Source: Octopus sinensis (taxonomy: Eukaryota). From it: a DNA stretch of 64,000 nucleotides. The stretch is taken from the NCBI RefSeq assembly GCF_006345805.1, contig NC_043003.1, positions 111,228,001 to 111,292,000 of the forward strand. Direction: 5' to 3'. Under the pieces are notes generated by a model that did no database searches, was not told the DNA's origin, and saw nothing but the letters and a program-made list of their open reading frames with translations. The translations under genes were made by a program, and so were the position numbers. Positions 13,710-27,006 of the stretch are shown here, one piece after another (within the stretch, counting starts at the first letter, position 1; the number at the start of each line of letters is the position of its first letter).

Positions 13710-13777
<68 letters not shown>
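13705..13777. repeat. (GATA)n microsatellite
   Basis: Pure gata array read directly. Similar arrays at about 20620-20676 and 28320-28415. Confidence 0.95.
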
Positions 13778-14869
13778 GAAGTCGGAGCAGCCTTATATAT
13801 AAGTAAATACGAAAAATGCTCTTGCAGAGAAAAATCAAAATTTCCTTTGATGATTCTCTATAAGGGTACAAATCTTGAATACAAATGTACCGAACACAAT
13901 ATGGGATGGCCCTGTTGGGCAGACGGCTGATTCATTGAAGAATCGTTATCGTAACTACGTTGCCAGCTTTAAAACAATCAATAAGAGACATTCAACATCT
14001 TTGGCAGAGTTTTTTATGGCGAATGAAGGAGGATAAAACGAAGTACAGCATTAATTGGTCCATAATAAAGTACGTGGCACAATAAAATATAATTTCCAGG
14101 AGATGCCGTCTCTACGCCGGAGGATCCCTGCCTATTCTGTTGGGTAACGGGGTCATTAATAGAATTTCTGAACGACTCTCGAGATGCCCACACGCATATG
14201 AATGTACTTTCGCACAATGCAGTGGGAATGAATTTTGAGTAACCGTTAACTTAACTTAATTTAATTTAAAGTATGGATGACGTAAGTTTATTTTTAACTT
14301 CCCTATTCTTATAAACACCAAGCAAATACCTAATTCGCTTTGTGATCATGAGTGCACCAAACCTCACGTGTGCATATGCTAGCATTTCTGCGGATGCTTA
14401 CATGAGCGATTGTGCTCGCATCATGCAGCTTGCCCAAAGGTGTTTATATATCCATATCTGTTAACGGTTATTCTAAGACTTTTCCTGTTGGATTCTGCGT
14501 TCTTTTGTCTCTTTTCTATCTGTGATTTCATATTTGGTCTTCTATGTAAATGAAGATATTTCCTCCGCCTGGCTGCTTTTCATTCTACAAAATGGAAATT
14601 TACACTGCGGAAAACTCATTTTAACGAGTTTTATTTATTCATCATCCGACGGTGATACATCTACACCACCGGTTGCTCCGGAACCAGTTGTTGAGTGTCC
14701 CTGCGCAGGAGGAATCGATGCTAGATGTGTATAAACAATTGTCGTCATATATAATAAATTCTCGTACATTTCATCTTCCGTCTTTCATTTGGCATCTACC
14801 TAACGATCACTGCGAAAGTTGCCGTGCTTTACCAGTAAGCTGCTTGGTGTAAAGCCATTCGTTCTATTG

Positions 14870-15050
14870 TGCATATAATATATATATATATATATATATG
14901 TATATGTATATATATATATGTATATATATAGATGTGTGTATATATATGTATATATATGTATATATGTATATATATATATGCATATATATAGGCATATATA
15001 TGTTATATATATGTATATGTATATATACGTATATATATATATTGTATATG

Positions 15051-15081
<31 letters not shown>

Positions 15082-15103
15082 GATATATATATATATATGT
15101 ATA

Positions 15104-15146
<43 letters not shown>

Positions 15147-15241
15147 GTATATATATATAGTATACATGTATATGTGTATATGTATATGTGTATATATAGT
15201 ATATGTGTATACGTATATGTATATGTGTATATGTATTAATA

Positions 15242-15338
<97 letters not shown>

Positions 15339-15362
15339 TATATATATACATACATATATATA
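14870..15362. repeat. ~490-bp compound (AT)n/(ATGT) microsatellite
   Basis: Read directly. It is the source of the spurious YI-repeat ORFs. Confidence 0.95.
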
Positions 15363-18322
15363 TTAAGTCTGACTAAAGGTACTGAAACATCTACACTGGT
15401 GGAAAAAGAGTAAAATACTCTTAATGTAATTGGAAAAAACTCTGATTTCTACCAATGTTGATGTCTCGGCTCCCTTAGTCCCACTTTGTGACGATTGAAT
15501 TTTTCCTTTATGGAATAATATTGAGCCTAAAAGAGTATATTAAATTTATGTTAATGGAAACAACCGAATCACTTTCCACGCCAAATGAAAAAAATTTCGC
15601 CCAGTAGTAGTTCGGGCAACGCTTAGATTTTTAAGAGACTGTAATATTTACTTTCCATTTTATTATGATATCTGTTTCAATAATTTTCAAGTTTCACGTT
15701 GGGTTATGAAAAACAATTTTATATATTTTGTGTTCTTTTTCCCTATATTAAATGTAAAACAGCTTGAATTCACATATGACATATACTATGAGTAACAAAT
15801 ACTAAATTTACACAAATGTAAAGGAGTATATCCATTAAGAGAAAATGTTATACAAATATATATATATATGGATAGATAAATGGATAGAGAGATAGATTGG
15901 TAGAGAGAGAGATTCATATACATGTATAAGCATAAACAGATATATATGCTTTTGTATATAAATAAATGCCTAGGCGTATATTAAGACAGAGAGAGTTAAG
16001 TAGGGAGATATTCATATGAATAGATGTAGGTATACATCGATGGGGAAAGATATATGTTATTATAAGCGTAAATTTTATGCTGCCGTTGGGACATAAACAT
16101 AAACACAAACACATAATTATATACAAAAACATACGCACGAATATAATGCTGAACCAAGCAGAGTAAAGTGCTGCGTTGCATTTTATAATTTTTCTTCATA
16201 TGAAATAGTTTTTCATAGAAAGTGTAATAGGGCTTAATGTGATTTGTATTGAAGTTTCAAGTGGTCCCTATAGAATTAACTATGAACATCTTGGATTGCT
16301 AACAAAAAACAATTTTAGAAAATTGTAATATTACTTTCAAATTAGTTCACATTTTTTCGTGCGCCTCAACACTCGTACTAAGCTTTCCAAACTAATAGTT
16401 TTACTGAAAATAAATTTTATAGCGGATATTAATGTGTCGAGATATAATAGTTGAAAACGCCAAGGGTTATGGTGTAGCAAACGTTTTCCTCAAACTAATA
16501 TACAATCGCTTCTCAGTAGACATCAGGAATGAGATCTTCGGTAGGAAATTGATTAGATAATTATGCATTCTAGACATTTCCAAAGTAGTTTATATACGCC
16601 ATTGCTTAATTCGTTGCTAAGGATAGGGAAAATCATATCTCATAAACTTCCTCTAGCTGTAAATGGGATGATCACTTGCTGTATGGTAATTGAACAGTGT
16701 TGTGTTTTCTTCTATTCTGGTAAACACATACGCGATGACATATAAAACTTACTAAAGACTAAGAGAAAATGTTTCAAACATGTTTCAAACATGAATTTAC
16801 CAGTGTAGTCACGCAGTTTTGTCAGTGAACAAGTCGCGGTCTGAAAGCGACGAAAATATTATGACAAATTAAATTTATATGTTGAAGTGAATCTAACGGT
16901 TTTCATGTGTTTCTTAAATGGCTTATAAACACTTCCCACGCTTCAATTGTCATTTTTTTGTTAATCCCTAAATGCCTAGCGGACCTGGTTATGGAAGTAA
17001 ATTTGAGCTGTCATAAATAAAACAGATCGAATATACACAGACGCATGGTTAATCATTGGGCCAATATTGCCATATTGCTATGGATATCTTACGATCCAGA
17101 TGATATTCTATTCATACTTAATTGATACAATGTACAAACTGTAAGGTGACTCCAATTGCTTAAATCATAAAAACACTAGAATTTTGTTCCTTATAATCTC
17201 CCTTACTATGCAGACAAGAAACGAATTCTTTGAAATATATACAACTAGTGTGGGATATTTCAGGTAATTTTGGTTTGTTCTCGAAAACGTTTGAAGTGAT
17301 CTATTCCTGTTTGGTTTATTCTCGTATACTAACATTGTAGAATAGCATAACATTTTTAACACTTATTTATTCACCGATTAGCATTCATTATTCAGGACCG
17401 TAACAATAATATTTATATTTATTTATCTTATTTATTTATCACACTTTCAAGTTGATCTGTTTTAATGTAATTCATTTGATTTGCTCGTTCCTCCATTTGA
17501 TCGATTAGTTAAAATGAAGTTGCATGCCTATACATGGGCAAACGTGCGTTTATGAGTCTATGCAAATATATGATTGCATGTGTAATAATATGCAAAAATG
17601 CACGTCAAAAAACACCACGTTTGCGAATGCATGTTTAAGAATGTGGATTATATTAGTGTTATATAAGCTTGCAGATGTGCATCTCTGACACCAAGAATAT
17701 TTCTCATGAAATTAAATTGAATATTTGGTGTGAATATACAAATACGTGTATGTCTTTTTAAACAGTCATAAAGTACAAAATTAAATTTGTGTATAAGCAC
17801 ATCATTATGTAGTCGCATGTAGCTATTGACGTGGTAATATAGCTGCTTATGCATAGACGTACAAAGGTGAGAAAACAGAGACAAAATATTCTTAACACAC
17901 GAGATGAGGATTTGTTCCTAATATATCAAAATGTTTTCCCAGCATGCATTTTTCATCATATCTACTCTACACTTCTGTTTTCGTCCATGTATAAAGTGTC
18001 GATTAGGTTACCATGCCTAATGTGACGTTTCCAAAGCATGGTGCATTGGAACATTTCATAATATTCTTAATAATGCTTAATTTATATTTCCTATGTCCTT
18101 TCGTAACAAGAAAAGAGAATCTTACACACCCACATCATAGTTCATCATAACCGTTTATACATGTATTCAAAATGAGGGTTATCATTTCTCTTTGCAACAA
18201 GCAGTTAACGCCCAGAGAGAAATTGAACCAGATTCCAGTGATTTTACGTTCCATCTTATCTAGAATGGTTACTTATTTACTTTATTTTTTTCGTTGTTTT
18301 AATCATATAGATATACATATAT

Positions 18323-18609
18323 TCTTTTATTTATTTTAGTCCTTTGACTGCGGCAAGGCTGGAGCACGCCTTTAGTCGAACGAATCGATCCCAGGATTTA
18401 TTCTTTGTAAGCCTAGTATTCATTTGATCGGGCTCATTTTGCCGAACAGCTAATTTACGGGACGTAGACACGCCAACTTCGGTTGTCAAGCGACGGTGGG
18501 GGTACAAACACAGACGCACAAACATACACACACACACGGGTGAGCACACACACAAACACGCATATATATATACATATATAGATAGATAGATATATACATA
18601 TATATTATA

Positions 18610-18669
<60 letters not shown>

Positions 18670-18816
18670 CGGTTTCTTTCAGTCTCCATCTACCAAATCA
18701 ACACACAAGACTTTGGTCGGTTAACCGAGGGTATAGGAGAAGACTCTTGCCTAAGGTGCCACGCAGTTGTTCTGAATCGGAACAATGTGGATGGTAAGCA
18801 AGCTACTTACCGCACA
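18323..18816 (-). mobile_element. Family-A SINE copy
   Basis: tttgactgcggcaaggctggagcacgcc...cctaaggtgccacgcag...agcaagctacttacc matches 4826-5432. Confidence 0.85.
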
Positions 18817-18837
18817 TTACATACATACACACATATA

Positions 18838-19163
18838 TAATATATTAGGAAAAATCCCACCTTCTATCAATTCAAAATGAATAATTAAATTACACCATCT
18901 AGAAAATTACACATAATAGAAAATTTAAAATTAAAATAACAATTACAAATAAAGATTAAGTAAATTACAAGAATGTTATAATTTTTCATTGTTATTTTAA
19001 TTTTAACTTTTCTTTTAATTTGTAATTAACATTCTTGTAATTTACTTAATCTTTATTTGTAATTATTATTTTAACTTTAACTTTTCTATTATATGTAATT
19101 TTCTAGATGGTGTAATTTAATTATTCATTTTGAATTGATAGAAGGATTTTTTCTAATATATTA
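18838..19163. mobile_element. AT-rich foldback/MITE-like palindrome (~140-bp arms, ~48-nt spacer)
   Basis: 18838-18978 is the reverse complement of 19027-19163 with few mismatches (e.g. ccttctatcaattcaaaatgaataattaaattacaccatctagaaaattac). Confidence 0.85.
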
Positions 19164-19435
19164 TATTATATTGTTGAATTTGATTTAGTATTTCTAACTT
19201 GAATACTTTTTCCTTGTAAGTTTGGATTTTATTCCCTCAAATAATAATAATTATATATATATACAGTTGCTGTGCTCCCTCTAATTTCCACACATTTCTG
19301 ATAAGCAAGGACGTGAAACTCTTGCAGCTTCAAGTTCTGGCGTAATATAAAGGTAGGTTTCCTGTTGAACACTCTATTTGTTTTCTGGTGCATAATCTTC
19401 GGTCCCAATATACTCATACATCTATACATAAACGA

Positions 19436-19467
<32 letters not shown>

Positions 19468-19629
19468 ACGCACACACACATTTATATATTTGTATGTATA
19501 CATGTATTCGTGTATCTATGCCTGCATGTAATAGTGTAGGTCTCGCCGAGCGTATGGGAGATGATGAAAAATTGCTCGATAATGCATAAGTAATTTGTTT
19601 TAGGAAAAAACATACACCTACCTATTAGG

Positions 19630-19637
<8 letters not shown>

Positions 19638-19666
<29 letters not shown>

Positions 19667-20063
19667 ATGTGTGTGCGCGCGCGTGTGTTGGGGAGGGGGG
19701 TTCTTAAACACGACAGCAAACATTAAGGCAAGGCAAATATCTCAAGTCATATACAATATTATTATAGGAAGAAATTCAAATTCTGACAGCTGTTGGTGGG
19801 ATATCCCCGAGTATAGGATACTCCGTTATCAGAGACAAATAGGTAAAAAAAAAAACCTGAACGGTATATAATAATAATAAGATGATATAGAGGAAAGGAA
19901 TAAAAGAATAAGGAGAAGGAACGAAACAAGAAAACCTAACCATAAATGTTCATAGTTCTACTTTCCGAATTTGTAGAAACCAGAGCATGAATCCGTAGTG
20001 GAATTCTAGCGCACCTAATCGTTTAGATCACTTGTGAACCAAACACCCATATGTTATATATAT

Positions 20064-20096
<33 letters not shown>

Positions 20097-20490
20097 ATGT
20101 GTGTGCGCGCGCGTGTGTTGGGGAGGGGGGTTCTTAAACACGACAGCAAACATTAAGGCAAGGCAAATATCTCAAGTCATATACAATATTATTATAGGAA
20201 GAAATTCAAATTCTGACAGCTGTTGGTGGGATATCCCCGAGTATAGGATACTCCGTTATCAGAGACAAATAGGTAAAAAAAAAAACCTGAACGGTATATA
20301 ATAATAATAAGATGATATAGAGGAAAGGAATAAAAGAATAAGGAGAAGGAACGAAACAAGAAAACCTAACCATAAATGTTCATAGTTCTACTTTCCGAAT
20401 TTGTAGAAACCAGAGCATGAATCCGTAGGTGGAATTCTAGCGCACCTAATCGTTTAGATCACTTGTGAACCAAACACCCATATGTTATAT

Positions 20491-20495
<5 letters not shown>
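19638..20495. repeat. Tandem duplication with ~430-bp period, containing dispersed repeat family G
   Basis: Identical ORFs at 19647 and 20077. The unique parts differ by one G (cgtagtgg vs cgtaggtgg). The unit is homologous to 58795-59360. Confidence 0.92.
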
Positions 20496-20546
<51 letters not shown>

Positions 20547-20619
20547 CAGAGTGAGATAGAGAGAGAGCGACAGACATGCAGGCAGACAGACACACAGACA
20601 GAGAGACAGACAGACGGAC

Positions 20620-20677
<58 letters not shown>

Positions 20678-23600
20678 GCGATATAGCTTTTATTGTTTCT
20701 GAATGTGTTCTGAATGTGTTAATTTGTGAGGTCTCTATATTTTCTTTCGGTTTTATGTGTTTATATTTTCTCTTCTATTGTTATATGTAGCTATATAAAT
20801 TAACGCTTCCCAATAATTACCAGAAAAACATGCAATAACATTTTTAAAATTGGAAAAGTATAAACATTAAAAGCCATGAGGCCAAAACACAAATAATAGT
20901 GTATATAGATAGACGCGTCAATTGTGCTAACTCAATTTTGCTTAAAAATATTTTTAAAAGCATCTATAAAATCTAATACTCTAAAGCATGAGACAACCTA
21001 TCTCGAAGTAGGTTAATGTACAAATACGTAGTATATATAGAAATCTAGGCACTTTTTTAATACATATATATGAACAGAAAGCAAAGCGACGGCTGACCCA
21101 GTGCCAACAAAAATACATAAAAGTTCATCTACAAGCCGTTTCGGAGATTTAGCAATTGATATAAAACATATCATATATTTAAAATTGACATTCCCCTTGT
21201 CAGGATGTTTTTTACTCACAGCACATAGTACGCGGAAACAAATGCACAACTACATACCGGCTACATGCAAAAGACCAGACATTGCGTACTCCCAAAAATT
21301 CTCATAGATACTGAATGCTACTTTATAAGCATATAGTTCAATCTAGCAGCTATCGTAAATAGTATGTGCGCATCTGGACTAATTTATTTCTTCACTCAAT
21401 TAAATTGTTCATCTTTTAATTTCTCCCATTCATGCAAAGCCACATATTCGAGTTCAAGTTCTTGATACATCTTATACTAATTGCTATTTTTTTCTTTTAA
21501 TTGTTATATTACGATTGAATTACCATTTTAATAAAATAAAATATATTTAATTACTACTTACTATATTTACTATATTTAATTCAATTGTTATTAGTACCTC
21601 TAACTTTTATTGCATTTGTTATTTCTAACTTTCTTATGGAATGCCGAGCGGATCTTATGCGTACAATATATTTTTATATGATGTTTATATATTTATATAT
21701 TACTATATATTTCTAAACGTCGGGCTTTATGTCTGTCCCGTAGATAAAAATATATATTAATATATGTGGGTGTTTGATCTTTCTGTGGATTTTGTAGAGC
21801 TCTTGTAGTTGCTGCTCGCATTGCCTCCCCTCGGATTAAAAAGTGCATGCAGCTCATTTGAGCACTACTATTCCAGTCAGTTATATATTTTGAGTGCTGT
21901 TGTCACTAACGATCTCAAGATATAGCTTTATATTTTGTAATATATATATATATACATCCATATGCATACAATAGAGAGATGTTTTTGATTCGCTTTTAAC
22001 AAGTAATACTGAAATAGGAGAGAAGATATGATATTGCTGTGGGCTCGCTCTAGGCAAGAGGTTAAACATTTCTTTTTGCCTATGACACTACATGGATCCT
22101 AAATAAGGCATGTGTAAAATTTAAATGAAATTGGTTGTGTAGTTTTAGGGAAACAGACAGACAGACAGACACACACACACACATATTCTCGGTTTTATAT
22201 ATAGAGAGATTACAATGGCAAATTTATTTTCAGGACAGGATAGGTGACTATATATTTCCTTATGGAGTTTTTGAATGGTATTTTGCATACGGGCCTTTTT
22301 ACTATTTTGCAATATGTGTAGGCAATATCTAAAAAATAATAACTTTAAAAATAAGATATATTATAAAAATGCAATGAATGAAAATTGTGGAAGTATTACA
22401 TATTTTGCTGAAGAATGCAGTAGGCGGTAAAACTGCATTATTTAATATGCATTAAAATCAAGTGCCACTCCTCCAGACAAAGACAATTATTTGTCAAACA
22501 ATCTATGGCCTAAAGATTTTGAACATCACTGATGTAAGCATACGTGTATGGAAAACTTTAAGCATGGATATCCATAAAGAAAACATTGGTGTGGATTGCA
22601 TAAAACCGAAACAGACTGAATAATGTCGGTACCGAAAAGATAAAACTATCTTTCTCACTACCCAGTTCAAAGAAAAGCTATTTGATATTTATAAATGTAT
22701 ATCACACAGGCACAAATACACCTATATTTTCAGACGCATACTACGCAGTCATCATCACACAATTACACATGCATACATATAAGTACATACATACACCTAT
22801 ACAGACATACATGCATAATCACATTTAATTATAATTATTTGTATGATTGCATTTGTGTCTAGAATGATTTATATGCACCTATATACATAACACAGATTTG
22901 GGATTTCTGTGGAAGTATTTGCACGTGAAATTAAACCTCTCATAATATATTTTACAGCTTTATTTTAAAATATTAAATAAATATATAATAAATAATATAA
23001 TCTTATGAGTTTATTTTCCGGTGCACTTCAGTAGACGTGAATCGATTTTACATGTTTATCAAGATATAAATCTACACAGAGAAAAATTAAATTAAATTTC
23101 ATGAGAAATGTACGCAGTGTATCTGCTTCTTCTATATCTTAATTCTCTACGTCGTATAATCTATATTACTTCTTCTTCCTATGTGTTTTTCTTTGCCAAT
23201 TGCCTGTGTTTTTCCTCACTTTTTTATTCTTTTCCTTTGGCAGTTTCGCTTTAATATTCACATTCATCTCTGAAATTCCTTTTAATAATTTCATGTATTT
23301 ATCAAATTTATTCTTTCATACAGCCAGCAATATTTCAGTTTCATATACGCTTTCGTAATTTTTATATTTTACGTGTAAAATCGAATTTCCCCCACTTTTT
23401 ACTCGTCTAAATAACCAACCTGCTATTAACAAGTTAGTTGTGGGTTACTGGAGTATAGCTTTTAAACAACGGAAAAGCAAATGAATGAAACTTATTAAGA
23501 AACGCAGAAATGAAGTCGCAGAGCACTAAATGCCTGTCGACGTAATCATTCTTCTATCAAAGCAGTACAATCTCCAGGACTTAAGGATATGCATTGTTTG

Positions 23601-24120
23601 GTATATAGTAAATAAGGCAGTAGGTGTCCTCGAATTTTCATTCATATCCTGCATAACATTGAGACTGAAAGCGATAATGTAATTCACAGTAGAGACATAC
23701 ATTGTGTTATACACCATACGCGGTGCATTGTTTGTGTTTTTTTTATTTCTTCTTTTATGTTGTTTAAATGTTAAAAAAATAAATCAATTCCTGTGAAATT
23801 TTTCTTGAGAAATTAGAACAACTCACAACTTCAGCAGACATTTATTGATTTTATTTGATTAATCACAAGTGTAAGAGAGTTAGACAAATTAATCAAACGC
23901 GCTTTACATCGGTAGTTATATGAGCAACTACATAAACATGACATCCACAATGGCATTTGATCAGAAACAGGTTAAAATGCGAGCCCTTAGAGCAGTTATT
24001 TCTTCTCCTAAATCGTTCGTCGGCAGTGTTTCAATTTTCTGTTTACGCATGTATATAGATTTCGCACCTAGATAGAAACCTTAAAGAATGGAAGCTGGAA
24101 ATGGTATCTATGTATATATC

Positions 24121-24241
<121 letters not shown>

Positions 24242-24288
24242 ATATGTATATATATGTATATATATATATATATTATATATATATATAT

Positions 24289-24319
<31 letters not shown>

Positions 24320-24391
24320 GTATGTATATGTATGTAAATGTATGTGTATGCACACAAACACGCATGTACATACATACCGAGACAGAGAGAA

Positions 24392-24430
<39 letters not shown>

Positions 24431-24887
24431 AGAACCATAGCTACCCTAAAGCTGCCAGCGCTTTATTTGCACTTACTCTCTGCAACAGGTATATATATGT
24501 GAGTCGGAAGAAGCTAAAGGATAACTGAACGAGCGATGGTACTATATAGCGTATGTAAATTATTTTGCCACTTCAGTGTTTGTACGTTAGAAAGTATCTC
24601 AGTATGTCACGATACTAAATCAATCTTGAAAAAATAATTCTTTGTCATTAAAATGATGCAAAACAATATATTCCCTGATAAAACATCCTTCCATGGAAAC
24701 GGAAGAATAGGAAACGTCACTCCACAGTCATTGGAAATCGAAATGCGTTCGGTATGTTTTGGGAACAGGAGCTTATACTCCAAATCATCCCTGCACACTA
24801 TGATGCTAGTGTCTGTCTGTCAGTATATCCCGTTTTTTCTCTTTTTGTTTCTTTCTTTCTTTGTCTCTCTCTCTCTATCTCTCTCTC

Positions 24888-24932
<45 letters not shown>

Positions 24933-25039
24933 TGACAGCCCGACAGAAAGAAAGGAAGAAGGAAAGAAAGGTAGGAAAGGGGGACACTTACTGGAAGAAG
25001 CGGGGGGACATATGTCCGAGTGTCAAGGCTTGCTAGGTT

Positions 25040-25405
25040 TGTTAGATAAGTTTGCTTCCAAACAACATGATACCAGGTTCAGTCCCACTGCATAGCACCT
25101 CGAGCAAGTGTCTTCTAATATAGTCTCGTGCCCACTAATAACTTCTAAGTGGCTTTAGTAGCAGGAAACTGAAAAAAGTATGTCGTGTGTATGTGTTCTG
25201 TAAGCGTTTGTTTGAGTGAGTGTGCGTGTGTGTGTTTGAGTGTGTGTGTGTATGTGTGTGTTTGAGTGTGTGTGAGTGTGTATTTCTCCTCCTCTACCGC
25301 CAGACAACCGATGTCGGTATATTTCTATCCCTGTAACTTGGAGGTACGGAAAAGAAACCAATCAAATAAGTGCTAGGCTTGAAAAAATATATATTGATTG
25401 GCGTA
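25040..25405 (+). mobile_element. Degenerate family-A SINE
   Basis: ccaggttcagtcccactgcatagcacctcgagcaagtgtcttcta...accgatgtcggt...aaataagtgctaggctt. Confidence 0.7.
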
Positions 25406-25450
25406 TGAACTCAACTTCGTTTATTGCGATAACTAAGACAGAATTATGTA

Positions 25451-25810
25451 AAGCCGCAGGAGTGGCTGTGTGATAAGAAGCTTGCTTTTCAACCACATGG
25501 TTCCGGTTTCAGTTCCAGTAAAATGCGCCTTGGGCAAGTATTTCTACTATAACCTCGGGCCGACCAAAGCCGTGTGAGTGGATCTGGTAGACGGAAACAG
25601 AAAGAAGCCCGTCGTGTATACATATGTATGTATTTGTATGTCTATGTTTGACAATTGATGTTGGTGTGTCTCCCTCCCCGTAACTTAGCGGGTCGACAAA
25701 AACGATCCGAATTACTAAGCTTACAAATAATAAGTCCTGCAGTCGATCAGTTCAACTAGAGGGGGTGCTCCAGCATGTCAGCAGTCAAATGACTGAAACA
25801 AGAAAAGGAA
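25451..25810 (+). mobile_element. Family-A SINE copy
   Basis: gcaggagtggctgtgtgataagaagcttgc...cagtcaaatgactgaaacaag, complete head to tail. Confidence 0.88.
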
Positions 25811-26183
25811 CAACAGTGTAAAAGTGTAATCCCTTTTCGTTTTTGGTGTTGAATTACGTGCCCATAGATATTCTGTTGTTTCTTTTAGCTCATATTCCCT
25901 TTCACTTTGCATATTTAGTATCGCATGGTCTTTTCAAATATATTCTGAAGTATCGCTTTACTTCAAGAAGACGAACAACAAATTCTGCGAGGATTAGTCT
26001 TCTTGAAATAAAAACACATTTTCCTTAATGGCATGTCACTTTTGGAAAATGTATGATATTTCGTATCTTCTGCCCATCTTATTTGCATTTCATATCAGGT
26101 GACTGATCGAACATGCATGAAAACTTATTTCACCTGGGATATTATTTAATATAACTTTAGTCGTTTTCACACACACACACACA

Positions 26184-26259
<76 letters not shown>

Positions 26260-26454
26260 AAATAGAAAGATGAATTTTTTTGTAACAGATTATTCAAAGG
26301 TTTAACTGATACCTGGGTAGCAAAAATCACAGCGGAAAACAGCACGGTTGGAGATAAGACCATTTGGTGTTGCAACCGTGCGTTGGAGCGGATAATTGAA
26401 GTTTAATATTATTAGTGAATGGAATAAATGGAGTTGAACGAAGATTGTACAGAA

Positions 26455-26550
26455 TACCTTTTATTACATTCTACACGTTTCGAAGGCCACAAATTTCCAA
26501 ATTCTGTTTAAATAAGGGTACCATATTGCGGCTTTTGTCTTCAGGAAAAA
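26455..26550 (-). ncRNA. Type I hammerhead ribozyme motif, left arm (base of stem II damaged)
   Basis: The - strand reads uuc CUGAAGA caaaagccgc[37 nt]guggccuuc GAA ACGUGU A gaa. Predicted cleavage is after GUA (26472). Confidence 0.5.
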
Positions 26551-26822
26551 AATCAGGAATTCCGTTGACAGGACAAAACAAAACAGAGGCACAGCAATTC
26601 GAACGAAGATGCTCCTTAGGAGCCCATGGCTGAACTGTTTATCAATGTACGTTGAAATCGGGGATTTGGTGCGTTGAAGATATCTACAGGTCAGGCGGCG
26701 GTCAGATCTAGTCGGTGGAAGCAAGGGGTGTGGGGATGCTCTGTGTGACCAACAGTAATGTTCTGAAAAATTCACTGTTGGTCACACAGAGCATCCCCAC
26801 ACCCCTTGCTTCCACCGACGGT

Positions 26823-26931
26823 ATTCCTGTTTTTTTTTCCTGAAGAGAAAGCCGCAATATGGTACCCTTATTTAAACAGAATTTGGAAATTTGTGGCCTT
26901 CGAAACATGTGTAGAATGTAATAAAAGGAAT
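26823..26931 (+). ncRNA. Type I hammerhead ribozyme motif, right arm
   Basis: Core CUGAAGA 26840-46. Stem II gaaagccgc (26847-55) pairs with guggccuuc (26893-901) at 8/9 positions, with G10.1-C11.1. GAAAC 26902-06, GUA 26911-13. Stem I uuc/gaa plus distal auucc/ggaau. Confidence 0.6.
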
Positions 26932-26973
26932 TCTGTACAATCTTCGTTCAACTCCATTTATTCCATTCACTAA

Positions 26974-27006
<33 letters not shown>

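Larger units (their letters stand above)
26404..26981. mobile_element. 578-bp foldback element: ~160-bp inverted arms, each carrying an HHR motif, plus an internal perfect 46-bp hairpin; probably inverted PLE pseudo-LTRs
   Basis: 26404-26563 is the reverse complement of about 26820-26981. 26711-26756 pairs perfectly with 26774-26819. Each arm contains CTGAAGA...GAAAC. Confidence 0.85.

Noticed and set aside
14800-15366. Long ORFs of YI/IY/CV/RE repeats (also 5002, 24043, 50334, 60299 and others)
   Set aside because: These are translations of (AT)n, (GT)n and (GA)n microsatellites, which lack stop codons in some frames.
26464-26775. 103-aa ORF and its paired ORFs at 26415 and 26708
   Set aside because: They lie in the foldback element. 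The shared peptide RRPQISKFCLNKGTILRL just reflects the inverted repeat.
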